A DNA stretch of 64,000 bases from Macrostomum lignano. Its lineage: Eukaryota. Positions 1-13,331 of this stretch are shown piece by piece; the first letter of the stretch is position 1, and every line of letters starts with the position of its first letter. The stretch lies in the NCBI GenBank assembly GCA_002269645.1, contig NIVC01000691.1, positions 186,001 through 250,000 of the forward strand, written 5' to 3'. The notes beneath the pieces are model-generated. The model made no database searches. It saw only the letters and a program-made list of their open reading frames with translations, and had not been told where the DNA came from. Position numbers and translations under genes: made by a program.

Positions 1-1119
1 AGTGGTTAAGCAAACGCGATGAAGAGGTTTCGCTTTTCTTTTTTTCTTTGCATTTGAACTTTGTTTATTTTTTAGTATATTTTAAGCGAATAAGTGATCA
101 TAAAAACCTCTCACGGTCATTTATCCGTCACGGTAAATTGGTTCAAAATGAAAGGTCTTACGTTGAAATAAATTCAACACCTAAGCCTTTCCTATGCTTG
201 CATCGAAAAAAGGTGTACAAGCAATTGTTAGCATGTCTTTATTTTGCTTCAATTGCTACAACCTAAATATTGGGTAACTGGTGGCATTGTTTGCCTCCTG
301 ATAGTACCCCTTGATACCCCTCACCTGCTTCTTTGCTACCCTTAACATCCCCTCATTTGAGTCTTTGGTCTCCTACCTTAGACTTTGCTCCCTGATGTCC
401 CATCACCTGAGTCTTTGCTCTCCTAAGATCCCCTCATCCGTTTCTTCGCTCTACTATATAGAGATTCCCTTATCTGAGTCATTGCTCTTCTTGTGTTTCC
501 TCACTGAGTCTCTACTCCCCTTGACATTCCCTCATCTGAGTCTTTAGATCCCGTCTTTAGTCCCGTGTTTAGTCTTTAGTCCCTTAGATCCTGTCAATTG
601 AGACTTTTGCTCCTCTTGATATCCCTTCACTTCAGTCTTAGCTCCCCTTGAAATCCCCGCACCTACTAAGACTGCTCCTCTTGAGATTCCGCTCCCTGAC
701 GTTCCACCACCTAAGACTTGACTCCATGAGATTTTTACACCTGAAACTGTCCCCACTGGAAATTCGCCAAAAGAAATGTCAAAATAAGAGCACAGCAGCT
801 GTCAGTCACTTACAGTACAGTCGCTGTGCGCCCTGGGGGCGATAGAAGCTCTTGTTGGCACCGAGACCGCGTTTAGTTGTGTCACCAGCTTATTGAAGGC
901 GAGAAAACTTCAGCTGCTGTGTGTAAAAAAGAAAGTTACGGTGAGAATTTAAATTGGCACGATTTGACGTTGCCGCTGAGTTTCAGAAATGATACACTTT
1001 TGTACGTAATCAGTGGAAACGTGTAGTTTTGATTTGAATTCAATGTTGAATTATGAATTTTTCAAGAAGAAAGACGTCCAAGGACAACTAAAGCAACGTA
1101 TATACTTAAGTAGTCCTTG

Positions 1120-1533
1120 AGGATGTGAAGAAGAGCAGAGGCTCAAGTGAGGGGATAAGGATGTCAAGAACAGCAGAGGCTCAAGTGAGGGGATGAGGAT
1201 GTCAAGAACAGCAGAGGCTCAAGTGAGGGGATGAGGATGTCAAGAACAGCAGAGGCTCAAGTGAGGGGATGAGGATGTCAAGAAGAGCAGTGGCTCAAGT
1301 GAGGGGATGAGGATGTCAAGAAGAGCAGAGGCTCAAGTGAGGGGATAAGGATTTCAAGAACAGCAGAGGCTCAAGTGAGGGGATGAGGATGTCAAGAACA
1401 GCAGAGGCTCAAGTGAGGGGATGAGGATGTCAAGAACAGCAGAGGCTCAAGTGAGGGGATGAGGATGTCAAGAACAGCAGAGGCTCAAGTGAGGGGATGA
1501 GGATGTCAAGAACAGCAGAGGCTCAAGTGAGGA
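1120..1533. repeat. 38-bp minisatellite, ~11 copies
   Basis: Unit atgaggatgtcaagaacagcagaggctcaagtgagggg; gctcaagtga recurs at 1141, 1179, etc. Confidence 0.95.
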
Positions 1534-3251
1534 ATCTTTAAAGAAAACCAAAGCAAAGTTGAAGTGCACATATGGATCAAAGACACGGGTGAGGGGATCT
1601 CAAAGGTTACCAAGACAGAATGAATGCTCTTAAGGGGATCAAATTCTTAACTGAGGATCTAAAGGGGAGAAAATACTCAGGTGATGCAATCTCAGGGAGA
1701 CAAGGCTCTCCCTAGGATTCCCTGAGATTTTCAAAGAGTCTTTACACCCCTTGAAATCCCTCACATAAGCTTTTGATCCCCTTAGGAGCCGCTCACTGTG
1801 TCTTGGTTCCCTTTGTGATCCCCTCACCTAAGTCATTGCTTCCCTTTTAGACTGTTCCCCTGATAAGCCATCAACTTTGACTACCTGAGGGCCCCTCATT
1901 TGAGACTAATTGGCTCCCTGATATCCGTTCACATGCAACTTGGCTCGATGAGATTTTTTACCTGAAACTGTCCCCCAGAGGAGATTTAGCAACAGAAGCA
2001 CAAAAATAAGAGTGCTCCAGCTGTCAGTCACTTACCGCTCAGTCGCTGTGCGCCCTTCGACGCGACAGAACCTCTTATTGGCACCAAGACCGGATCGTTC
2101 AGTTGTGTCACTTAACCAGCTTGTTGAAGGTGAGCAAACTATATAATGGCTGTGGAAATAAAAATTAGGGAAAAAGGAAAATTAGGTGAACTCATGCACT
2201 GAAATGGAGCCCAAAGGTGGGCTGATTCAAGTCGTCTAGAAACGCCGAGACACCTCATCGAGGTCCCTTCCATGGCGCGTCTCAGAGGATAAAACGAGAA
2301 AGCAGCGTCACTTACAACTCTTGCCTCATCTCTACTCGAGCCTTTCTTATTGTCTTCTTAAAAAGTTATTCAAGTGAAGCACTTTTCCTATTCAGTTTGA
2401 ATATCCGAGCGTGGTGAGCCGGTAACGTCGCTGAAAAAAAGAAGCTATGACCACCGTGAGATGTGCCCTGAGATGCCCGATCGTTCCTTGAGATTCCCCA
2501 ACAAAAATGCACGATAAAAGTGCACGACTTGTCAGTCACTTACCGCACAGTGACTGTGTGCCCGATCTGGCTCTTATTGTCTCCAAGGCCGGGTCGTTCA
2601 GCTGCTTTTTGCAAATGATTCAAGCCGAGCGAACTGGGCTTTGACGCGAAAATGAAAAGCGAACTCGAATTTAAATTCGCATAAACTGAATGCGGTTGCC
2701 GAGTGACGGAAGAACGCCTTCCGTTGTGAAGCGAAGTGTACACTGATGTGTGCAGAGGATGGAGTCGGACTTTAAATGAATGCGGACTGCTGAGAATGAT
2801 GAGCATGTATACGAGTATGAGCATATTGGGGCTCTGTGTAGCTGTGTGCACCTGCAGACAATTGCAACTGGACTCGGAGGGGTGAGTTGTAACTCTTTTA
2901 TTGAATAGAATTGACGAATTTTTCATTCCTTACCGAAGTTTTATTGCTCTGGGTGGTCTTTTCGTCTTTTACTGGCCTTTAAAGCAATGGCAGGGTTAAG
3001 GCATTGCATCTTAGCCTCAGGATACAAAGTAGCTAAATCTCAATCTCGATGAGTCTCTTAGACAAATTTGCTACACTCAATTCTTAAAAGATTTTGAATT
3101 CGCGCGCACAATTGAGAATTGTTTTACTGCCACGTTAACTTGAATTGGCGCCAACACAGAATAACCGTAAAATATGTTATTCTTAAGCTGCTTATGCTTA
3201 TTATGCTCATGATTATGCTTATGCTTAGTCAACATCAATTAATTTTATTTG

Positions 3252-5468
3252 TGATGTAACCGCCCTTGTCGCCTGTCCGCTCCGTAGAGAGACGAACGCA
3301 TGGCTAGAGGGGGCAATGACCGTAGGCTGCCTATGACCGGGCAATGACCTGACGGACCTCCAGCACCAGACTGTCCCGCCCACATGATTAGTAGCTTTGG
3401 TAGCGCTTCGTGACCAGAGGGCCAAGGACCCACATGGACCCCACCTGTAGCCAAGGTGCAATAGTTGGTCACTCGGTCATGGTATGACCGAGTGGCTGCC
3501 ACCACTCTATGTGACCTGGCGCACCTGGATCTTTCTACCAGACCTCTCGAGGCTAGAGCCCCGCCTGGATTGGTTACCAGGGGATTTAGGCTAACAGGGG
3601 AGACGCATGCAGCCGAGTACAGGGACTCTGCTTGGGGCATGATCGGGAACTCTGGGCTCAATCCTGGAGGATTTCTCAGCAGGGGATCCTTTGTGGCTGT
3701 GAGCGAGGCTGACTTGCGACTTTGATTACTAAGAGTAGTATGAGGCGAACATGTACTGTCTACAGTTTAGATTGCTCAGGGCGAAGGGACGCGTTAGCAT
3801 GGGGTTGCAACCTTCCTACTGCCATTCTGTGCCAAGACTCGCTAATCCCTCTACTGCACGCACACGCGGCCCCGCAGCACGCACTCACAGGCGGGCTTTG
3901 CACGGGGAGAGGCCATTAGCTTACCCAAACTTCCTTATGCTTTGCCACCCCGGGAGAAAGGCTTAGCAAGCCATGAGTGAAATGATGGTGAAAGATTGAA
4001 TAATGATGAAGTTAGTTAATAGTTAATAATTAGGCCCTTAGGCAAATAAGCAGGCAATTAGGCGGCTTCACTATTGAGTAAAATACAGCAAAAGATACGG
4101 TATCACAATTGGCTCAGCTCTCTAATCAGACAATGGAAAATAGGCAAACCCCGGATAAGCAAAGGCAATTAGAGCACAAATTAGTAGCAGGAACTTACCG
4201 GCAGCTGCACAGAGAGAGAGAGAGGCGGAGTGACCGAGGGCGGCTGTAGGCTGCAGTCAGGCAGACGGTGAAGCGGCGATGCGCTGGAGCGACGAGGCGC
4301 TGATGTAGATCAGGCGATGCTGATGATGCTGGGCGGTATCAGACCGCTGGCCGATAGGCGAGCTCACTTGGGGAGCTAAGGATAACTTGGCGGTAACAGA
4401 CCGCGGACCGGCAGGGATTCGTCTTATAGACGAATGGGTCAGAACTCAATCTGACAGCAAGTCCAAAGAAGGACGAGGAGAGGAACAGAGATAAACTCAG
4501 TTGAGTATTCTCATGCCGAAATCGCTTCCTTTTATAGACCTCACAGCCGCCTCCTCAAGGTCGTTACCATGGCTCCCTCTCTCTGATTGGCTGCCGGCAG
4601 AATGACGTCAGAATGAGTCATGATGAGAAGCATGAGACCGGCATAGCAACATGAGAAATCGGGAAATTGCGCAATCCGGAGGTGGGGTGGGGGATAATTG
4701 GCGCAGCGGGTGGTCGCGAAAGTGTTGCGCAAGCAAACATTGAGAACAATAGGGCTGGGGTCGAGAACAAAGGAATTGGAAATCGGGGATAATTGGGGAA
4801 AACTGAGAACAATGGAAAAGTAAACATTGGAGAAAAGGTGATAATTAGGTGCGAAAACGAGAACAAAAGAAAGAGAAAATCGGAGAAAATGTGATAATTG
4901 GTGGGGGTCGAGAGAACAAAAGAAGCAAAAACGAGAACAATAGAAGCGGAGGTGGGGTGGGTGTCACATGAGAAATTTGGGAAGGAGAACAATAGCGTGA
5001 GAAAAGGTTGCGCAAGAGAGGGGGATGAGTCATCGATGAGTCACCGAGGGGGAGAAGGGGTCACACGACTTGCGTCACCGTTTGGGAGTTTGAGAGGGGA
5101 TGGGGAGACGGTGAGCACACAAAGTACTGTAAGTAGACACAGGGAAAGAGGGGACAGCGCAGGAAAAGAGTGCAGAGGGAGACAAAAAAAGGGAGGAGGT
5201 AGAGAAAGTACAGGAAGAATAGGGCGGGAACAGAAGAGATAGGGTAGAGGGGGAGGTACAGAAAGGGGTAGGGGCTCCGGAAAGGCAGGTGTGGCGGCAG
5301 GAGAGACGGGACCAAGGCAGCAGGAGGGGTGCAGCAGAGCGGGAGTCTCCAGGCCCGGTCGGAGACCTGGCCGAGTCTCGACAGCTCTGTGCAGAGGGTG
5401 CACGGGATAGGAGGCACTTTCGAAAAAGTTCCCATGCCCTATCCCGCGACCAGAGCGTGGTTACATCA
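3252..5468 (-). repeat. 3' LTR (2217 bp)
   Basis: Near-identical to 13353-15570; by eye about 3 substitutions and one A-run indel; TG...CA ends with 10-bp terminal inverted repeat. Confidence 0.97.
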
Positions 5469-5486
5469 CACCCCCACTGCCTTTTG
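5469..5486 (-). other. Polypurine tract
   Basis: Minus strand AAAAGGCAGTGGGGGTG immediately before the 3' LTR. Confidence 0.7.
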
Positions 5487-6382
5487 TGACGGAACTGGTT
5501 CCGTCATCATCACTGCCCAACATGGAACCACACAGACGGGAGCGGGATCTCAACCGAACGTGAAATCACAGAATTAACAAACCGCGAGCGGGAATGGAAA
5601 AAGGCGATAAAATAGAGGGGATAGCAATAAATTCACAACACGAGATACATAGGTTGGAGTGCAATACAGAATTTCAAAAATTTCAACTGTTGCTGTGGCT
5701 AAAGTGGGAGGGAGGGAGGGAGACAGCGCAATAGTAGGGAGAAAAATAGCGAATTGTCAACAATAAATTATCATAATTGGATAGAAGCGCAGCTGGGAAA
5801 GAGAGGAAACGGGGAAGGGTGAGGGAAGTGGGGAAAAAGAAGGGGGGAAGGGTTGCTAGCACACAGCCAAGGGCAGAGCCTCGGGGAGAATGACAATTAC
5901 ACAGGGGAAAAATACTAATGCAGCGCAGTAAATTAATAAGCTAATTTCGCCGGGAGTTCAACCGCACGGAGGCCTAGCGTCCTTGAAGGCTCGGACCCCG
6001 CTTCAGCCAGTCAGAGGGCTTCGGGGCGATCGGTTGTAGGCTGGGAGGCGCCGCGCCGTGCGCTGGCCACTGTATAAAAGGCGCCACTGATAACGGGAGC
6101 CGGCTGCCTGCAACCTACACGGAGTCGCAGTTTCCAACCAAGGCACTCAGCGCGATTTTCCAAACTATACAACTACTCGGTAAGTCCCATCACCAACCTG
6201 ATTTCTTTTCACCTGTACATTATGCGAGATCCACCCATTCGCCATGCCTTTCATGTCAAACTGAGCCAATTGCAGTAGTAAAATATATCTTGTCATACGG
6301 TACAGTGCCTAAGGTGAAGTCATCGTCCTAATAATGATTCTAATCTCCACGGGGCCAGGGGCTGACCCGCAAGAGTGGCACC

Positions 6383-9300
6383 TCAGGGAGGATCCCAGTC
6401 AAGTGACCCACTGATGCTGCTGTTCCAGCAGTCCTCTGGGTCCGATGGAGGGCCCCAGTCGTAGTCGGAGTCATCTGCCTCCTGGGTCGAATCCAGCCGC
6501 CGCACCTCGTAACCCCAACGTTCTGGGCGCCTCAGGGCAGCCCGAGGGCGCAACACGGGGCCCAACGGTGGCTCATCCAGCGGTTCCTCGTTGGCTTCGA
6601 GCTCTCCCGCTGCGGGGGGCGTGGGCAGTTCGGGGGCTGGCGGGCCCTGCTCTACTGGTTCCTGATCGGCGGCGGGCTCTGGGACGTCAACTGGTTGGGT
6701 TGGATGGTTTGCCGGCGGCAATGCTACTTCGGCGGGAACCGTCACCGGAGGGAGCCGGTTTCGCAGAGGCCATCTGACATACATTTCCTCTTCTTCCTCC
6801 GAATCGGAGTCGGGGAACCACTGCGGTGCTTCCGGGGCTCGAGGCGCTGGGCGAACTGGTGGTCGGCCCGGTCCGGCAGGAGACTTGCGGGCAGCTGCCT
6901 GGGCACCTCGGGCTGATATTGGGCCGGCGCGGGACGGAGCGTATCGCGATGGGTCCGGTATACCGCGGGCCTGCCTGGCTGGGGGTGCACCGGGGCGATG
7001 TCGAACACGGCCTGGGACGGCTGGGCCACCACCTTCCAGGGGCCGGTGAACGCCTTGTGAAACTTAGGAATCTCCCATTCTTCCAGATGAGGGTTGGCCA
7101 AGAACACAATGTCACCGATGTCCAGGCTGCGGCACTTCTGCGGTCGGCGCGCTTGGTGTTGAACTCGGGTCTCGAACTTTTCCTCGATATCTGCGCGCGC
7201 CTGATCGAGATACGCCGCCAGACGGGCCGCGTAGGCAGCATGCCCGGGAGCGGCCTCAGCTGGCTCGAGAGCGACGTCCAAGGGCAGTCGAGCCTCTTGC
7301 CCGTACGTTAAGCTGAACGCGGAATACCCCGTCATGCGGTTCAGGCTGGAACGCATCGCCAGGAGGCATGCCGGCAGCTTCTCATCCCACAAGTCGTGGT
7401 CCTGTTCCAGCTGCGCCGTCAACAGGGCCCGGATCGTGCGGTGCTGGACTTCGGCCTTCCCATTGCATTGAGGATGGTATGGCGTCGTGCGGGTTTTGCG
7501 GATACCCAGAGAGTCACAAAAGCGCTGGAAGTCCCGGGACTCAAATGCTGTCCCTGATCCGTGTGTATCCAGTCAGGTACTCCGAACCTCGGTATGTATT
7601 CCTGCACCAGCAGACGGATGACGGTCTTCGATGTCTGGTCCCGGGTAGGGTAAGCTTCGACCCAGCCGGTGTAGCTGTCCGTCACCGTGAGGATACTGGT
7701 GTTCCCCTTCCTTGACTTCTGGCCTCGACCCAGGGGCCCCACAAAATCCAAGTGAATGCGAGAGAACTTCTCGCTAAGTTCAAGAGATTGCGGCGAAGCT
7801 TTGGCCCGCTTGTGCGGCTTGGACCGCAAACAGCACTCGCAGGCCGCACACATCTCGGCGATCCGTCGGTGCAGGCCGGGGCGCCAGAACCGTTGGCGAA
7901 AGCGCTCGTCCACTTTCCTTCGCCCAAAGTGCCCGGCCAGAGGATCGTCGTGCAGCAACCGGAACACCTTCTGGTCCAAGCTTTCGGGCAACACGATTTT
8001 CTTCTTGGCCGCGACCCCCTCCACATCAATCCTTAGTACGCCCTCGTCCACACTGAGCAAGCCCCAAAAAGGGGCCACCCGGCGCACCAAGGGTGGGCAC
8101 AATTCCGTCCCAGCTGGCGGGGCTTTCTCTGCACCTTCTCCTAGTCGTCGCATGATCCAGGCCAAGGCAGGGTCCTTCCTTTGCGCTTCCATGAGCTCCG
8201 CCTTGCTGAGGAGGTCCCGCTGTTCCAGCAGACGCCTCTTTGTCTCCACTCGGAAAGTTCGCAAGTCCTCGTCCAGCTCCCCTGGTGGTCGGGCGTCCTC
8301 TGGCGGTCGGCAGATGGGACAGTCCCCATGCTGGTGTGCAGGCCGGCGACTGAGCGCGTCGGCGTTGGTGTGTAGCCGCCCAGGGCGGTATTCCACTTCG
8401 AAATCGTACTCAGCGAGGTGAGTAAACCAGCGAGCGATCAATCCGGTCGGCTCCTTGAAATTTCTTAGCCACGTCAGAGAGCGGTGGTCAGTGCGGACGA
8501 TGAAGCGGCGACCTAGCAGGTAATACCGGAATTGTCGCGTAAAGAACACTAGGCTGAGCATCTCCAGTTTGGTGACACAGTGGTTACGCTCACTAGACAC
8601 CAGACTTCGGCTCCCGTAGGCGATGACCCGCTCACTTCCGTCCGCTTGCCTCTGGCTGAGGACTGCACCCAGGGCATTCAAGCTCGCGTCGCAGTCGAGC
8701 ACGAAGATGCCCGCCTGAGGCCCGAAATCTGGGTGGTGCAGCACCGGGGCGGTAACCAAGGCGCGCTTTAACTTCTCGAATGCTTGTTCCTGCTCGGGCC
8801 CCCAGCGACCCGGGATGTCCTTCGTCCCTTTCTTAGTCAGGGCGTGCAGTGGTGCGGCCACCTCACTGTAGTCGGGAATAAACTGCCGATAATATCCGGC
8901 CTTCCCCAAGAATTGGCGGACCTCCGTGACGCTCTGGGGCCGCGGCCAGGTGTCAATGGCACACGTCTTGTGCGGGCAGGGTGCGACGCCCTCCTCGAGA
9001 CCACATATCCTAGAAAGGTGACCTCGGATTTGGCGAAAGCACACTTGGACGGCTTCAGCCGCAGGTTTGCTGTTCTTAATTTGTTAAAGACAAGTTGCAG
9101 GTGATTCAGGTGGGTGCTAAAATCGCGAGAATGCACGATGACATCGTCAATGTAGGCCATTGCGATTGCGGGTTGGAGCTCGGCCAACACCAGGTTCATC
9201 AGCCGAGAGAAGGTACTTGGGGCGCCCTTCAGTCCGAACGGCATTACGTTCCATTCAAACAGCCCCATATTGGGCACAGCGAATGCAGTGTAGGGGCGGC

Positions 9301-11010
9301 ATTCCGGCTGGATGGGCACTTGGTGGTAACCGCTCCGCAGATCGAGGGACGTGAAGTACGCCGACCCGCCCAGCGAAGCCAGCAGCTCATCGATTCGAGG
9401 CAGAGGGGTTACCTCGGCCACGCTGCGCTCGTTGACCTCCCGGAAATCGATGCACACTCGTAACGATCCATCGCTTTTGGGGACCAAGACCAACGCGGAG
9501 GAGTAAGGACTCTTGGAGACCTTTACCTTGCCGGTCTCCAGCCAGCCCTGCACCTGGTGCCGCACTTCTTCCTGGTAGGCCTGAGGGAGGCGTCTTGGAT
9601 GCATCTTGACGGGCCTCGAGTCCGTCAACTTGATTTCGTGTGTGACGACGTCGGTGACCCGCAGGTCGTTCTCCTCCTCGGCGAAGACATCGGTGTTGTC
9701 GTTGAGTAGGCGTAATAGCCGTTGCCGCTCCTGGGGAGAGAGTTGACTGCCCATCTCCAGGTCTTTCATCCAGTCCGGCGGCTTCCTGGCAGCTGTTGAA
9801 TCCTTTGGAGTGGCTGTGGGGCCGGGCCCGGTGTTGCCCATTGGCGTAATCCGGTTGACCAGGGCCACTTCCTTTAAGGCGCTCGCCTGCGCTACTACCG
9901 TGCCAGCGGGCAGCTGTACCGGTTCTTCGGACCAGTTGATGAGGCGAACTCGGACCCACCCGTCTACGGCTTGGTCCAACGAGCGACTGACCGCGATCTC
10001 CGGGAAGGCTTCCATGTCGACTCCCTCCACCAGACAGTCGCCTTCCCAAGGTCGCCCTCGCACTCTGACGGTAGTCTCCGACCACGGTGTTAGTTCCATA
10101 TCGCCTCCCGTCGCCACCCACCAAGCCTTCGGAGGAGACGGCGGCGGTGGCGAAGGTAGAGACGGTGTTGGCTGGTCGGGTTCGGTTTCTTCTGGCTGGG
10201 CCGGCGAGTCGGTGTCGAAGGCCTCCGCCAACTGTACGGCTTCGCTCAGCTCCTGGTGACGAGTCACGAGAGCGGTCACATCGGGGAACTGTCGTTGCGC
10301 CAGGAGCTGAATTCGCACATCTCGCGGCATCCGGGCCTTGGACATATAGGCAAGTTGCGCTTCCAGATCAATCTCGTCCGGCGGCCGGCCACGCATGGTC
10401 CACTGGAGGGTGCGGAGCAGGCGGGTCGCGAAGCGGAAGTCACTCTCCTCGGGCTCCTGCTCCAGCGTCTGGTTGAAGCAGTGTCGGGCCATGGGGCTCC
10501 ACACACTTACGCAACGTTCCACCAGCATGTCACGCAGCTGAGAATAGGTGCCAAGCCGCCTCGCCTGGCCGACGACGATATCTTGCTGTTCGCCTTGTAG
10601 GTGGCTGATTAGGGTGAGGATTCTATCGGCATCGGTGCTGATGTCCTCCACTTTGAACTTGAATTCGAGCCGCCCCACCCACAGGAAGATGTTGTCCCGT
10701 GACTCATTGAATGGGTCGAGATGAAACTGGGGCGTACCTTCGGTTCTAGGACGATGACTGAAGAAGGTTGACAAACGGGAGGAGCCGCAACGGCGACATG
10801 CCCCCCTGATTCTGGGTTAGGAGCGGCAGCTCCTATGTCAGGCTCATCAGTAACTACTGCATCTGGAGGCTGGTTGGCCTGATTACCAGCGGCTGCGGCC
10901 ATTGCGGCTGCGGGGGCGGCAACTGCTGGGGTGTCAGCGGCCGAGGGTGGTTGACCAGGGGCGTCTGCGCACACAGCTTCTACGACCCTATCTCCACGCG
11001 CCCGTGACAT
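6383..11010 (-). CDS. Gag-Pol polyprotein (capsid-like Gag, RT, RNase H, integrase), broken by four apparent -1 frameshifts; no recognisable protease
   Basis: ATG at 11010; Gag MHR-like LEQEPEESDFRFATRL; RT LPRIDE..LDLRSGYHQ..MPFGL..YIDD; RNase H LDCDAS..E..TDH..ADALSR; integrase HDDPLAGHFG..C..C, IHLDFVGPL, TDQG; tail LRPRAALRRPERWG. Frames switch near 10805, 8996, 7544 and ~6850-6940. Confidence 0.9.
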
Positions 11011-13331
11011 GTGAAAGCCGGATAGCTGGGGGAGTACCCACTACCGGGAAGGAAAAGAAAAGAAAACCGGGGCAACTACAGGTAAAGACCGAAAAGTTGA
11101 TCCGAAACACACAAACACAGACAAAACTCACACACTTGCGGCGTCGAAGAAAACAAATTGAAAAACGGGTGGCTCCACATAATTCCATTTAGGCAGTCCT
11201 AACGGCTTCACTCGGCAAAGCACACTGACTCAAACTGCGGCTACCACTACCAGTTGTCTATGGCACATCCTGACAGGGAAAAATTGGCTATTCAGAGAGA
11301 CTTGACCTTCATTTTGCGGCCATGCTAGGGAACCCAAATGCCGACCGTAAACGGACTTACGGCACCTGTACAAATTCTCCCCTAGGGTTGCGCGCCGGAC
11401 CCCATTTCCTTAAGAAAGCTACTACGAAGAAGCGTTGGCGCCTGGACCCAAAAACCCAAGTGGCGGGAGCAATCCCCATGGAGGTCCTCCCACTTTACTG
11501 CCCTTGCACAGCCGGAAAACCGTCGGAGTCCAGTGGGGCTTCCACCTCAGGACTACCAATCTTGTACACGCAGCTTCACAAAAGGCGGGAATCCAGCTCC
11601 CCTACGTCTAGCAGAATCCACAAAAACCAAGACCTCCCCCTTCTGTTCAGAGCGAAGGCGCGCAGCGGGAGTCCAGACTAAACTGTCCCCGAAGTTTTCA
11701 GGTTAGGCGGATTACAAGCCTGAAACTCTCGCCCGCTTTCCTAGGATAAACAGACCTAAGTGAGTATCTTCCTGAAATGCTTGCCCCTCCGATACTCCAC
11801 CTGCTCGAAATAGCATACTTGGGACCTTTATCTGATGGCGGAGAAAAGTCCTACAGTTGTCAGCCTCTCCACTTTACTGTACTTGAACGCCCGGTTCTAC
11901 CAGGAGACAGCGGTACCTCCATCTAGGTTATTCCAAGTTGCCAGAGACGTCAACCCGTCTTATTGACCTTGCGGGGCACTTGGGTGGCACTCTATGTACC
12001 GGGGCTTTACATTAGGGGACTGCATGCAACCCTGCGTCTAAGCGCTTAGTGGGCTGCAGTGGCCAGAGGGGAAAAGAGTTGCGCAATAGCGCCTTCCTGG
12101 GCCAGGCTGACAAGTCGGGCAGGAGCGCCGTTCTACCGGGTCGGGCTGATTGGCACACCCACCTCCCCTATCAGACTGACAGCAGGGGGAGGAATTACTA
12201 AAGGAGGAGAATGCAGCAGGAAACATTACGAGATCACTGGGGCCACCAGACTTCCAGTACACCATTCCAATACTCACTGAACTCCACTATCAATAGGATA
12301 CTATGGGATCTACTATTTCCAGCCACTGCACCAGCCCAAATGCAACCAAAGCAGTTACTACCGGGTCTGCAATACAGTGGGGAGAGTCAGCAGACACGTT
12401 GGGATCGAATCCCAGCCATGAAGGCACCAGGGGTTACCGCAGAATTCAGGTCCGGGCTGATCGCAGGTATTCCATAGGAGGTGACACTTTTTTTAGCCCG
12501 AGATTTTTGAGTCACACTGATACCCTACAGAGATACAATCACACCGCTATTCCCATTCCTGCGAGACTTTGGTATCCCCAATGTTTCCAAGGCCATGACT
12601 ACTGCTTCCCTTACTATGCATATATAGCGAGTTCCCCATAGCCCTTGATAGCTGTTCATTCTAATGGACAAACAAAACACGCTCCGGTCTCTACGCATTT
12701 CTAGGATTAACTGAGCATCAGGGAGAGCGACTGTTACACTCCCCCGAGTAAAAGAAAGAGGTAGGACAAAGGAAAGAAATGCTTCGCTTCCAGCTTCCCT
12801 GTGCTTGCGTGATGAGGCTTCCGTACCTGGCTGGCTGTCCACCTCAACACTCACACAGTTCTGCTGTAGGCTAGGCGAGAGAAAGAAAGGGAGGGGAAAT
12901 AAAGCATATTACCATGAAATAGAAAGTGAGTCCGGAAAATTCACTTTCGCAGTTCTTCACACACTCCGTTACCAGGTAGCTATTCTGATTGTAATCAAAT
13001 CCGCTCGTCTACCACTTCACACTTTCTAGCGCTGAAACTGATCGGCTAAATTAATTTTAAATTGAATCAGGGGCTTTTGGCGAATGAATGAATTTGGAAA
13101 TTTCGAATGAATTGAACGAATTCGCAGCCCGAAAAATTTGAAAAGTTACATTAATATTTTTGGATTTTGTTGCCTCACGCCATGGGAGAAGAGAATGACG
13201 ATTGGCGATTTTTACGATTGGTAGATTTAGACATGGCACTCTTTGCGCTTCGGCCACCATTCTGAGGGATGCCACAGGTGCGCTTGTCACATCTAAACCA
13301 CCAGTCCGAAACTCAGCGCTGTTTGCACCAG

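Noticed and set aside
3225-5577. Short ORFs inside the LTRs (duplicated at 13293-15615)
   Set aside because: No domain motifs; their duplication only reflects LTR identity.
11762-11926. Plus-strand PGDSGT motif as a substitute (serine) protease for the Gypsy element
   Set aside because: Short frame bounded by stops, no His/Asp context; a 4-residue match is expected by chance.
11600-12000. Minus-strand frame with only TAA/TAG stops suggesting an alternative genetic code
   Set aside because: Absence of TGA over ~130 codons is not statistically unusual, and neighbouring genes use standard stops.
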